A stretch of DNA of 64,000 nt. It comes from Thalia democratica. Lineage: Eukaryota. The notes beneath the pieces are model-generated. The model had not been told where the DNA came from, searched no databases, and saw only the letters and a list, made by a program, of their open reading frames with translations. The position numbers and the translations under genes are program-made. The stretch covers positions 41,354,001 through 41,418,000 of the forward strand of contig OZ241830.1 in the NCBI GenBank assembly GCA_965202585.1, read 5' to 3'. Below, piece after piece: positions 24,001 through 35,859 of this stretch; the stretch's first letter is position 1, and each line of letters begins with the position of its first letter.

Positions 24001-27000
24001 AATTAAATAATTTATTGCAAAAGTAAATAAAAATTTGTTTCGTTTAAGACTTTTGTACTAATTTAAAAAAAGTTTACTTTGATTATAATGAAAACATCTT
24101 ATATTAACTATTATAAATCAGAATTTATTTACTTTTATTAAATGATTTTTTGTTTAGTATGATAGTTTGATATATTTTTTTATATATAACTTTAGTAAAT
24201 ATTATGTATATTTGTTAAGAAAAAAAATGTTATGATGTTAAATAAATTGTAAAAGAAGTAAAGATATAAATTTAACTTCGTCAAGTAGCCTTAAATACGG
24301 CCTAATATAAAAGGCAAGTAAACAACTGTAAGTTTCAAACTCAAATAAACTTTCAAAAGCAGCAGTTCATTAGAAGTAACTTCGCACGTACGTATGCAAC
24401 ATACAGTGTCTTTATATTTGCAAATTTTTTATCGCAAACGTGTGGCAGGATGGCCGAGTGGTCTAAGGCGCTGCGTTCAGGACGCAGTCTACATTGTAGG
24501 CGCGGGTTCGAATCCCGCTCCTGTCATTTTTTTATAATTAATTTTATAGTTATTTAAAATATCAGCTATGTTGAGTTTGCTTAAAAATTAAATTGTTTCT
24601 GATAACACATATTAGATATAATATTAAATGGACAAATTATATATTTTATACATAACCCGGTTTCAGTGGGAAAAAATCCGACCTTTAATTATACATGTTA
24701 AAGAAATATTTAATTATCTATTGAAAAAAATAAAACTTTAATTACTGCTTGTTATATAGATATGTAAAGCGTTTTATAAATATAAATTAATAAATATATA
24801 TTAGTCTTAGTTTATTAAATAAACACTAAGTCCACATCTATTTTTATCTTATAATTAAAATAAGTAGCAAAATATGTTAGTTAGCAGTAAAGTTGGTTTA
24901 AAAGTTACTTTAAGCCTCTGTAATCATTTTACCTTTCATTTTGTAAATCTTTTTTCAACTAACTTATAATTATAAGCTTTAATACAAATTAATACTAAAA
25001 AATCAAATTACGCTTACTATGCTTCTTGTTTCAAAAGATGTCAGACTAGATTAGGTACAGCTACTTCCAAAACAAAGCCACGTGAAGTTTTTTGAAATCA
25101 AAGGCTGTTTCATTAAATTTATTGGCATTAGTTGTAACTAAGTTCTTTAAATGGTCTAGTTATTAGACTCAAGTATTTATATATATCAAGAGTTAAAAAC
25201 TCAATGTTGTTAAGTAAAAGTATTTTATGTAGTGCTTTATTATTATTGCTCTAATTATTCAAATGCATTTCATTACAAAAATTTTGCATATCCTAGTTTT
25301 TTATTTAAATAAAGTTTTAATTAATGTTTAGGCGTGCAGAACTTGTCAATAGGCAATGGGATTGTAGCAGACAAGCTTCAAAAAACATTGGAAAATTTTG
25401 AAGTTTTGAGAAGTCAGTTTAATGATCAGCAAGTTGAAAATAAAATGCTCAATAAGGAAGTTGATTTGATGCGAAGAAAAGTTACTCAAATGCAATCTGA
25501 TCTAACTAGGTTATTAATAGCAGTATTAAATACTGTAAAACCTTAAGATTCTTTTTAATAGTGTGTTATAAAAAAATAATTAAGAGTAGAAAAATATTAT
25601 TTTTAATGAATTCTATGATATTTTAAAACCAAACCATATTACTGTTAGCAACCTTTGTAAAATATTTTTAAAACATTTAAGTTTAACAAACAGAAAATAA
25701 TTTATAAATTTGTTTACCTTAAATATATTGGTATTGTTTATTGCTGATTTAAATATTATATAAAGGATTTTGTTAATTTTTTTCTTTACTATTTTTTTAA
25801 TCATTTTAACAAAACAAAGGCTAGAGTTTTTGGAAGAAACAAACAAAATACTAGAGAGAAAACTTGATCAAATGAAATTGAAAGCAAAAATTCATTCACA
25901 TAGCCACAAATGGAGAGGAAAAGAAGTATGTTTTTTTGTTATTTATACAATTTTGAAACTTTTTATTATAGACATCTCGAAACTATGACTGTTTTTTAGC
26001 CTTTTTCCAAAGAAATGTTATATATTCTTTGTGGTCTTCAAAAAATAATAATTAATCAATCTTTTTCAAGCTCTTTTATGCTTAAACTTTTCAAGTAAAC
26101 AAAGTTTAAAAATTGTATTAAAACAAAACTTGATGCACTTTTTGTTACAATAAATAAAATTAGATAGTCATTAGTTATTACAGAACTTAGTAAACAAATG
26201 ATTTACAAATAAATTTTTTTTGAATGATATATTGTTTTTAGTTTAAAAGTTTTAAACGCTACTTAATTTTTTTTTAATATTTAAAGAGTCATTTTTTGAA
26301 AATGACAATCAATAAGCGATTTAACATCATTGTACTTTTTCAGATTACTTTTTATGACAGTAATTTTTGGTGTAAGAAATTATTACATTATAAAAGGCGA
26401 TAAACTTAATAAAAGCATGAACTATTAAATGAGAATAGATATTTATGGTTTATAAATTATTTCAGCTTAACCGCCTAATAAATGAAGGCAACTCAAATGA
26501 AATTGAAAAGGTTGAAGCAATACCATTGGCTTCAGCTGCTACTCCTGAACTAAATCAACAACAATTAGTTTGTTTTTTTATATACGTTATCGTGGTGTTG
26601 AGTTAAGTTCATGTTTGCACTTTTAAAAGTTGTTTTGTGAATAGAAATTATGAAGTAATGTTTATTAAATAGGTTGTTCTTATAAAAACGAATTATATTA
26701 AACCAAAAACTAATTATGCTGGTATAATATAAACTTGCTTCAGTGGTAATTATTTTAAGTTGCTTTTTTAATGGTTTAAACAATAAATTAAGTTTTAGAA
26801 TTTACAGTTCAACCATATTACAATTTTCTTTTTATATAGGGTTAGTAAAGAATGTTTATTCATTTTCTTAATAATTAGAATATTTTACAGCAAGATTCAC
26901 CCAGGAAAATCTCAACAGATGACGAAGTTTTTAAGAAACCTTCGACGTTATCACTTAATAAAACGTTTGTTTAACTAGAGTCAAATTATTTAATTTTTAC

Positions 27001-30000
27001 TTAGCATTAGAAATTAGACTCCGTGTTGTTAATATTTTTGACCTAATTTTAAGAGTTTTAAATACTTAATACAAATAAATGATAAACTTAAAGTTGTGTT
27101 TTAAAGTTAAGTTTTTTTATCACTAAGACAAGAAAAAAAAATTACTATTTTAAAGAAGAAGTAACAAATTGCAACAACTATTATTGTTAGTATAAGGAGT
27201 ATTTTATTTATTTGCAACTTAGCAATTACTTGATTTTTAATTTATAGAACGTCTTCGGTTGTGAGAAAGATTTCGACATCTTCCAACAAATCAGCAAACA
27301 AATCATTTTCTTCAAACGACTCCATATCGTCTACACACGTCATCAGAGATTCAGTACCGGGAAGTCCCCAAAGCTGCAGATTGGAAGGGCTGCCACACCT
27401 GGTCGAGCAAGGTACACAAATACATTTTTGTAAGAATTTATCATTGATCGCCATAGGTAACATGTATTTACCCGAAGGTTTCAAAAACATTCCTCATGGA
27501 TTTGCCAGCCCCAATGTTATCAGGAGGCAGCAATTGAACGAAACCTCGCAATTGATAGCAGCAGCCATGTCAAAAAAGAACAACTCTGACCAAAAAACTG
27601 GTTTGATTCTACGTAGATTTATTAATAATATTTTAAAACTATTAATTTGATTAAGTAAGTAAGATTATAAAGCTTGTGCTTGGAGAAAACAAATTTATTT
27701 TGTTAGTTTTATTATTATTATGAGAATAATGTATAAAATGTTCTTAATGAAACAGTATAGTATATGATTTAAAATCAGTATGTTTTTTATTTGTTAATAA
27801 TATGTTAATTAATGTAAGTGGTTTAACCATATTTGTTAAAAAAAATATTGTAGGTTTGATTGTTGAAAAAACATTTAGAGGGTCTTCTTTTTAAAAGGAG
27901 TAACAAAAAGTATTTTGTAATTTTTTTTTGTTTTAACAGTATTCAATACTTAATTTAACATTTAGTACTAAATATTTGCAATTAAATGACTTTTACAATA
28001 CATTATTTATTTACAGGAACAGAAGTAAAACGTGTGGAAAGAAACAAAGTTAGTTTTTATACAAAGAAGTAGTTGAATCTTGTTCTTTTGCATTTTTAGG
28101 TTTCCTACCCAAGCTGTACTTAGTATATTCTATATACTTTTTAAAAATGAACTTTTTGAATTTACAGGTTCGCACAAAAGATATACAGAAAAAACGGGAA
28201 AGTTTAAAGGTAATTTTTCATAGTTTGATTAAATTATATATGTAGAAAGATTGAACTTTAAAAATCTTTTAAATGTACATAAAAGTTAAGCTATCACTAG
28301 TTAATATAACAAGTCTTGCCAGTCTATTTCTATTAGTTTAAGCTAGTACCTCTAAAATAAAAATTCACTCATGCAAAGTCAACATGTTCCCAAGTTATAA
28401 GTGTAGTCTAAAGACGACTTCCACGCTTTGGTTTATAAATGCATGTTGAAGATTACTGACGTATGGCAGGATGGCCGAGTGGTCTAAGGCGGTGCGTTCA
28501 GGTCGCAGTCTACATTGTAGGCGCGGGTTCGAATCCCGCTCCTGTCACCGCTTTTAGTACTTTTTGTTACTATTAACAATATATAATTGTAGTTTAATAA
28601 CCGAAAGAATTTTTACTCCCAAGAAATTAATAAAATAGGTAAAAAAAATTTACTACTTTCACAATTTACTGATAATCATTTCGATAAAAATATTTTTACG
28701 AGTTTACTTGTAAGTTAAGTAGCTGTACAGAATAAAAAACTACTAAATTTTATATTTTATGATACAACCTTAAATTAAACTAATTTTAATTAAAATATAC
28801 ACAAATACATTGCATTTTTGTTAAAGTAGGAAATTTATCAAAACACTGTATGTTTTGTGTTTAACTAAGCTATAGATAATAGAATACAGTATTAATACTT
28901 AATAAAGCTTGATAAAAGATACGTCATAATGAGTTTAAACAAAGAATGTGAAATAAATACTGTTTAGATAAGAATTTGGAAAATTAAGTAAACAAGACTT
29001 TTAAGCATAAATAAGTAAATATAAACTTAAGATGGTTAAAGGATATTACAATAAAATTTTAAAAATTATAAAAAGGTAAATATATTTATGTTATATTATA
29101 TTCTAAAGATTAGTTAAACACAACAGTAGTTGAAAAGAGTGTTTTGAAAACTTCAACAAAAATGCAATGTATTTGTCGATATTTTTTTTTAAAAATTTTA
29201 CCCAAAAAACTTAATACTAATTAGTCTAATAATTTTTTCTCAAATGAACTGATGAGCAGTAAAAATAAAATGACAAATTAATATATGAAATTACAAAGTA
29301 ACTTGCGTGCGAGAAAACATTCAACTTATTTAATTGCCTATTCGACTTCAAGTACATTATTACGTCATAATTGCGGCTTAATGTGAATATATTCACTACA
29401 AAAAGCTTATCAACAAGCGCCCGGCTAGCTCAGTCGGTAGAGCGTTGGACTCTTAATCCAACGGTCGTGGGTTCGAGCCCCACGTTGGGCGTGCTTATCT
29501 CCTTTTTTTTACAAATTAAGTCACAATTATTGCTTAAAATTGTTTTTTTTTGTAATGAAGCCATGCTTACAAAGTAAAATGCGACCTACATGTTCAAACA
29601 TTTACTATAGTTTGTATATTATTTACTATGCATTTTCAAATACTTTCATTATTTTTTAAGAATAATCAACTCAAGCGCGATTTGAACATAAGTATTTTAA
29701 TCGGCACTACAATTTCTTGAGCTAGCAGATTGACAGAAGAATTTTTTTGGCAGAAGATGAAGTCTCGCAGAAGTCCGAACTACAACGCGCTCAGATCTCA
29801 CGTTGGAAGCAGCGAACCGGAACTTCAAACTTCAGCCAATAAGAACAAGATGAAGGCCAACCTGCATCCGTACAAGAAGGACAGGAAAAACTGCTCGCTG
29901 AATTCGTACGCTTCAATGGACACTCTACCCATGTCGACCATCAACTCTTCCCTGCCAACCACGCAGGTTTGATACTTACACTAACTTATGCAATAAATAA

Positions 30001-30248
30001 AAAGTTAAATTTCGTTTTATGTTTTTGTGTGGCATTAAGTGAATTTATTTTTCTATCATTAGATCAACTAAACTTGCGTCAAATAAATAGACTTTTGAAT
30101 AATATTTTAAACCCTTAAGCATTTAATTTTGTTATCTTATTAAGACTTTTATTAGTAAAAGCTTAGAACTACAGAATATTGTGAGCTTGATGTGAAAACA
30201 AATTTAATTTTAAAATTTCAACAGGAACAAGACTGCAAGATACAGTGA
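1..30248 (+). CDS. CENPF: Centromere protein F (mitosin) orthologue, 5'-partial; at least 4,614 aa in the window, 29 exons modelled
   Basis: Manual GT-AG model with matching phases, exons: 1-2052, 2184-2420, 3038-6447, 6678-6865, 7062-7397, 7579-11824, 12168-12294, 12413-12589, 13134-13332, 13714-13901, 14455-14682, 14814-14944, 15985-16132, 20712-20905, 21499-21646, 21830-22093, 22505-22699, 23049-23261, 23722-23827, 25332-25509, 25820-25925, 26466-26567, 26891-26964, 27248-27411, 27478-27600, 28017-28048, 28168-28209, 29754-29966, 30225-30248 (13,845 nt, divisible by 3). The protein is E/K/L-rich coiled coil throughout. The tail has ATPE and EGLPHLVEQG|FKNIPHGFASPNVIRR, matching recalled human CENP-F ATPES..EGLPEVVKKGFADIPTGKTSPYILRR (C-terminal Rb-binding region). 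It ends EQDCKIQ* (CaaX; human CENP-F ends CKVQ). The acceptor at 3037 and the donor at 13333 are the least certain boundaries, and the N gap could hide exons. Confidence 0.85.
12646..12702 (-). ncRNA. Decayed minimal type I hammerhead ribozyme-like motif
   Basis: Minus strand reads CTGAAGA (12698-12692), stem II TATTTG/CAAATA, GAAA (12665-12662), palindromic stem III ACGATCGT, cleavage triplet GTA. The 10.1-11.1 pair is an A.A mismatch and stem I does not close next to the core. Confidence 0.45.
15239..15580. mobile_element. MITE, unplaced family A (CAGGGTTGCCAC TIR, 6-bp TSD)
   Basis: TIRs CAGGGTTGCCAC / GTGGGAACCCTG; perfect 6-bp flanking duplication GATAAA; internal AAACCTGGAATTT repeats. 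Confidence 0.85.
15637..15829. mobile_element. Kolobok-type MITE
   Basis: About 22-bp TIR AGGTCAGTCTGAGCTGAAAAAA / TTTTTTCAGTTCAGACTGACCT, flanked by TTAA and TTAC (decayed TTAA). RR...YY termini with a TTAA TSD are the established Kolobok signature. Confidence 0.65.
16588..16673 (+). tRNA. tRNA-Tyr(GTA) with 13-nt intron (16625-16637)
   Basis: CCTTCGATAGCTCAGTTGGTAGAGCGGTGGACTGTAG-[catgtagttagaa]-ATCCATAGGTCGCTGGTTCGACTCCGGCTCGAAGGA; intact cloverleaf and A/B boxes; TATAAT at -31; TTTT downstream. Confidence 0.97.
17557..17642 (-). tRNA. tRNA-Tyr(GTA) with 13-nt intron
   Basis: Exact reverse complement of 16588-16673; TATAAT at -31; T5 terminator. Confidence 0.97.
18187..18545. mobile_element. 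MITE family A copy
   Basis: Ends CAAAGTTGCCAC / GTGTCAACCCTG; perfect 6-bp TSD TATTGA; colinear with 15239-15580. Confidence 0.85.
19720..19853. other. Assembly gap (134 N)
   Basis: Run of N inside the tRNA-Tyr-bearing intron of CENPF. Confidence 1.
20346..20431 (+). tRNA. tRNA-Tyr(GTA) with 13-nt intron
   Basis: Identical 86 nt to the other two copies; TATATT at -31; T5 terminator. Confidence 0.97.
22110..22134. repeat. (TA)n microsatellite
   Basis: About 12 TA units near the 5' end of a CENPF intron. Confidence 0.9.
24444..24526 (+). tRNA. tRNA-Leu(CAG)
   Basis: GGCAGGATGGCCGAGTGGTCTAAGGCGCTGCGTTCAGGACGCAGTCTACATTGTAGGCGCGGGTTCGAATCCCGCTCCTGTCA; type II variable arm CTAC/GTAG; anticodon 24478-24480; TATATT at -31; T-run directly downstream. 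Confidence 0.95.
28465..28547 (+). tRNA. tRNA-Leu(CAG), G27.G43 mismatch variant
   Basis: Differs from 24444-24526 at two positions; TATAAA at -31; TTTT downstream. Confidence 0.9.
29419..29491 (+). tRNA. tRNA-Lys(CTT)
   Basis: GCCCGGCTAGCTCAGTCGGTAGAGCGTTGGACTCTTAATCCAACGGTCGTGGGTTCGAGCCCCACGTTGGGCG; intact cloverleaf; TATATT at -31; long T-run terminator. Confidence 0.97.
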
Positions 30249-32684
30249 GGAGACGCCCATGCTGTGTAGAAGTAACTCTGAGGCTGTAAAGTTGGTTGGA
30301 TATCTTGAAAAATTTTAAGAACAATTAGTTTTTGCAAGACTAATTATTTAAGTAAAGTCAAAGTTTATTCATCCAAAATTTAAACGGGTCTATTGCTATA
30401 ATTCTGAATAGTATCTTTGTTGTTTAAGAATTTTCGGTTTATTTAATTCTTTTTTATTGTTTAAGAGTAAATACAATTCAAAGTTTTGTTTTTTAATGTT
30501 TAATAAAGGAATTCGTTAAGATTGATATATTTTCTTTAAAAGCTTTATACTTTATTGATTTTAAACTAAAATTTTTAAGTCTAAATTGACTGTTATAAAA
30601 ATTTAAATGTGCTAAAGGTTATACAAAAATGTTTTAAATTCATAACAGATTAATTAACCTTAATTTACAACATTAAATTTAAAAATGTTGAATGTTTTTA
30701 ATAAACTACAACAATTTCTTTTTTTTTTCTGTTTGTTTTTTCTCTAAAAGTTATTTGTACATACACAATATTTTATTGCTATGCATATTAATGTTTGTTT
30801 AGGTAAAATTGCTATTTTTGTTTACACATATTACTTAAGTTATTTGTAAATCTGTTTTTTTTAATGCTGTTTATACCATTTTAGTAATGAATTTAAATTA
30901 TATTATTTTGTAATATCTCTTAATGAATTTCTGTTTTTATAACGTTTAATTTTTTTTGAAACTTTTAACTTGTGTATATATGTATATATGCTGTACAGAT
31001 GTATTAACTTTTTACCCGCATTTAAAATAAACAGCACCGAAATATAGGTTTGTCTTTTGACAAATCATGTATTTTATGTTTTATTTTTCTGTAAATTTGT
31101 TATACTGTTGTTTGATTTTGTTAGTTATTTGTAAAATAAATTGTATGTTTTAAACTGATTTTTTTCTTGTTTCTTTATAATTTAAACGAGTGTATTAAGT
31201 TGAATTATTTTTCAATAAAATAACATAATTTAATTGTTAAAAACAAAATTTCATAAGCAAAAACTTCAATTAGAAGTCTTTATAGCTAAAAGCTTTACTT
31301 GATGGCAAATGAAATATTTTAATAACTAGCCAATAATTTTAAGTTTATTTTCTATGTTACATTTTTCAAGAAATTCCAAAACAAAAATCAGATGTCTTAA
31401 TTTTTTAAGACAAATAGATAATAAATTACTTGAAATACTCATTAAAGCTTATCAAAAAACGCAATTTAACATCTACCTTGATTTATTAAAACAAAGCAAG
31501 GCGACCCTTCACTCTGTATGTATTGATTAATATTTTGTAATTATAATTTTAACAAAGACATTATTTATTATAAAAAATTCATAAAACGGTTTGCTTGTTT
31601 TTATAAGACATCGAAATTAGTAATTGACACCTACTTTATTAATTCAACTGAAAGTAAGATTTTTTCTATATTACTCTAATCTTTTACTTTTGAACCAAAC
31701 CAATAAGTTATATTATTAATCTAGAAAAGTTAAACTAATTGTTGCTTCATTTTAACAAGAATGAAACTTATACAAAAGATGGACGTATTTATTTTGTTTT
31801 TTATAAGCAAAATAATATGTTATTTTAAGCATGTTTATTAAAAAAAAAGTTGCTTATACTGTTAGTTTGTAAATCGAACATACTTAGAAATATCTAGTGC
31901 TATTTGTAAATCTATGAAAGCGAATTGTACCACTTTGTTTAACTTTTCTATAGAGTTAAAAATCATATTAATACCCGTTTATACAAAACTAATTGATAAC
32001 TTTTATTAAACTTATTTTATTTGTTAAATATATAAATAATCAAAAAAATTTCAAATACTAAACAATTTTTTATAAGAATTAATTAGTAAGCTTAAAAATA
32101 AATTAAAACCTGTAAACTGCTTAAATATACTGAGGTTTAAATATGACCTCAATGTAAAAACTTTTTAGCGAAGCAATTATAAACAATTTCATTCATCATT
32201 GTAATGAAATTCATTGCTTGTTACTGAAAATTTTAAATGTATTTACTTTAAGTTTTATTTTTGATGAGAACTATCTAAACAAAGTTGTTAGACTTAAAGT
32301 TAATACTTTATTGCCTTTAAAAATAAATTAATAAAAGGTCTGTTTATTTTTGCAAAGAAAAAGTTGTTCTGGTTTTAAAAGTGTTCATACGTTGTGTAAG
32401 TTGTAAATGCTCTTAATTTTAAAGTTTAAAAATTTCTTCAAGTATAAATGTTTTTACACTGTCTCCTCGTAAATAAAATGTACTTTAAAAAAGCAAGCTG
32501 TTTTTAATTAAATTCTGTTTTTCAAAAATTTACCGTTGAAATCAAGTTGTAGAGAAATAATAATTTGTTCAAATATCACAAAATACTTTACTAGTTCGTT
32601 AGCTCATGTTTATTACGCACAATAAACATTTTACTGCTGTAAACAGATCACCAAGTGAAAAAAAATATATATAATAGTTTACAG

Positions 32685-33178
32685 CAGTGGTCAAGGTGTA
32701 CACTGGTGCACACCAGTGTACACGAACATTTTTTTAGGATGCACGAAACTCATTTAGGGGTGCACGAAATTTTGAAGTTACACAAAGAATACATAGAGTT
32801 AGATTAATTATGTAGTTAATATTTAATAAAGTATTTAAAGAAAACTGAACTGGAGGTTTTTTAGTAATTGCGGAGAAGTGTTCAATTAATAAGTATGTAA
32901 GACAAAGCATTATAACTAAAATATCATTTTGAAAATAAGGTAAAACAAATAAAGAGGTCAATTAAAATGAGGATTAAATAAAAAATTTCAGCTTCAGTTG
33001 TTTAATAGTTTGCGTGTAAATACAAACTGAGTTATGACTTTCAAGGAGAAATGCACTAATAAAATTGTTTACGTAGTCCCACCACTAGCGGCGCCTATTA
33101 AAATTAGATCTTGGGGTGCAGCGATTTTATTTATTGCAGCTTGGTGTACACAGAATTTGATTACCTTGACGACCACTG
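32685..33178. mobile_element. hAT-type MITE
   Basis: Termini CAGTGGTCAAGG / CCTTGACGACCACTG; 8-bp TSD GTTTACAG / GTTTACAA (7/8); internal hairpin GTGTACACTGGTGCACACCAGTGTACAC. Confidence 0.8.
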
Positions 33179-34433
33179 GTTTACAATATTTCTAGTTTAT
33201 AAGTTAGCTAATCAGAAATAACCTTTAGTAATAAGCGTATGATAATCTCTTAATTGATTGTAGTAAAAATAAATAAGACTAAAAGTAATCAAACTTCTAA
33301 AACTAAATTATTGAAAAATATTTTGGTTTTAAGCTTTTTAAAATTAAGTGTTTTAAAAACTAGAGAAAAAAAAGTCTGAAATATGATGCAAATACAACGG
33401 GTTAAACTAATAAGGTTTAATTTGTGAAAATTTAATATATTTGCTCGACTATGTCTTCACTTAAGTATAAATAAATTTCCAAAACGCCTTAATATCAATT
33501 AATTCCGAATTTTATACCTTAGATTATTTTAAGTTTTTAATATTATAACTTAGATAATACTTTGATTATTTCTTATTTCATTTACCGTCAAGATGGATTG
33601 GGAGATTTAGAAAAGCTTTAAAAAAACCTTTTTACGTATCAGGAAAAGTAGAACACTATTTTTTATATAGTTGTTGTACAGGTTGTTATACTGTCCTTAA
33701 GCATTACAAGATTTAAGCACGTATTTAACTAGCTCAATATTATCAGCTATAAAAGCAATTTAAACATTTTATTATAAAGTTATGGAAATTAAATTGTTTT
33801 TTTTTGTACAATCAAGATAGTTAATAAAATGCATTTTGTTTCTTTAAAGCAAAAAATAAAACATGAAGTAAACAGATATTTGTATATTCATATAAAAAAT
33901 GTCTTGTATCATTTTCTTTATTACAAGAAAAATGTTTTCATAAAGCAAAAGTCCGAAAAATCACAAATCCAAAGTGATTTAACTGACTAGAAAATTAAAC
34001 TATAATGCATAAACTATATCTTATTTAAGCATTATAGTGACATTGTCATTTTTTAGTAAGCTTTAAGAATCAAAACTTTAAAAACTAAATAATGTTATCA
34101 TATATGTTTATGAAAACTGTATAAAATACTTTGAAAATCTGCTTTAATATAACCCAATTTTCAATAGCTATATAGTTGAAATTGATAAAATTTGCTTGCT
34201 CACATATACTTATTTTGTACAAACAACTAAGTGTAAATAAATTTTGTAAACTAACATTGAATATTTATAAAGTAAATACTATCTTTTTATTTAGAATAAT
34301 TTTTGATTGTTTAAACGTTTTCAAATCAAAACTTCAAGCAACTTAGTAAAAAGTTTCTTTTCAAAAGTAGGCTCTTTTTAATTTTGAGTTGATTTTAAAT
34401 CACAACTAGATTTTGTTTTTAATATGTTTCAAC

Positions 34434-34664
34434 TAGTGATGTACCGGACCCACAATTTCGGGTCCGGCCGCACCCGGATCCGGACTTTTTTTTCAAATTA
34501 GGATCCGGCCGGAACCGGATCCAGACTTTTTTCAAATTAGAATCCGGCCAGAACCGGATCAGGACTTCTTTTTGATATCAAGATCCGGCCGGATCCAGAT
34601 ATCAGACAAAAATGGCAATATTCGGCCGGATCCGGACCCGGATAGTGAGTCCGGTACATCACTA
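34434..34664. mobile_element. Young hAT-type MITE
   Basis: TIR TAGTGATGTACCGGACCCAC with 19/20 match at the other end; perfect 8-bp TSD GTTTCAAC; dense ATCCGG/CCGGAT subterminal repeats. Confidence 0.92.
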
Positions 34665-35859
34665 GTTTCAACTGATTGTAAGGATTGCACCAGCAAAATT
34701 GTACAAAGGAATCTTTCGATTATTTAGTCGTACACAACATGCTTTTACAATTTGTTACGAACTAATTAATTTTTTTTTCTTTTAAGTTTTCCACCTCAAA
34801 AACAAAAACAAATGTTAAATAGAAAGGAAAGAAAATTGTTTATAAATAAAGAGTCTGATTAATAAAGAATAGTGGTTCTAAAAGTAAAGAAGCTGCTCAA
34901 AAAAATTTTTTAAGCAAACTTTATAAGAATTTTTTTTCTTTTTACTCTTTTAAAGAGATGCCAAGGAAACAGCAAACTAGCCAAAACACTCGCCTGGTGT
35001 TGAACCATTTTAAACGTTTTCCTTTTACCTTCAGCGTAGCTGTTTGTGTTGTAAATTTGTTTCTGGATAATGCATTGAAATTTATTTTTTAGGGGATTTA
35101 CTATTAAGAGTTGGCTAAGTAAGTTGAACTTCTCAAATCTATACTAACTAAGTTTTTATAAAATACTACAATAAGCTAAATGAAAGAAAGAAAATTGTGA
35201 ATGCTCCCAAGTCCCAAATATGATAATAGTGATATTGATGTTCCTATTAGAATATCTTACATAAAAAACAAAGCTAAGACATACCTAGAAAACTTTTATT
35301 AAGTTACAAACATGCAAAAATTTAAACATAAGACTTAATACTTTAAATTTTTTACAATATATTTTTCAAGTTAACTTAAACAAAAATTGAAGCATTACTT
35401 GGTAATTACCTAGTACAATGTCGCACCAATATCAAGCTGAAATTTTATTATACTTGATGCCTTTTTTAAACATAATTTTGGACTAAAATGTTTGAAGCCT
35501 AATCTGTTTAGTCTAAAAAGATATTTTGTTTTAAACAAGCTATATAAACACAAAAATAGAATTAAGTTTATTTATTATAATTTAATAAACATTAAATATT
35601 TAATAGCTTGTAATTATTATAAAGTATTGTATTGATATAATTGCTCTATGTTGTAAAATGAAAGCAACACATACTCACAAGTACATTGTCCTGGACATGA
35701 CATACTGTATCCTGGTGTATGACTCGATAACCAAAAGGTTTTTTCGTACACCAGGTCCTTGGACCAAATATTTTGAGCACATTTTTTTGTTTGATAAACA
35801 ATATAAACAAATAAACAATTTATCTTATAATATTCTTAGACAGTAATCAAAAATAAATT

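Noticed and set aside
29371-29577. 68-aa ORF
   Set aside because: Overlaps tRNA-Lys(CTT); spurious.
1-30248. CENP-E or golgin identity for the giant coiled coil
   Set aside because: CKIQ alone would fit CENP-E, but the ATPE and EGLP..GF..IP..SP..RR tail is the CENP-F motif; golgins lack this CaaX end.
33082-33094. CTCF-like CCACTAGCGGCGC inside the hAT MITE
   Set aside because: One base short of the consensus spacing, single occurrence, no supporting context.
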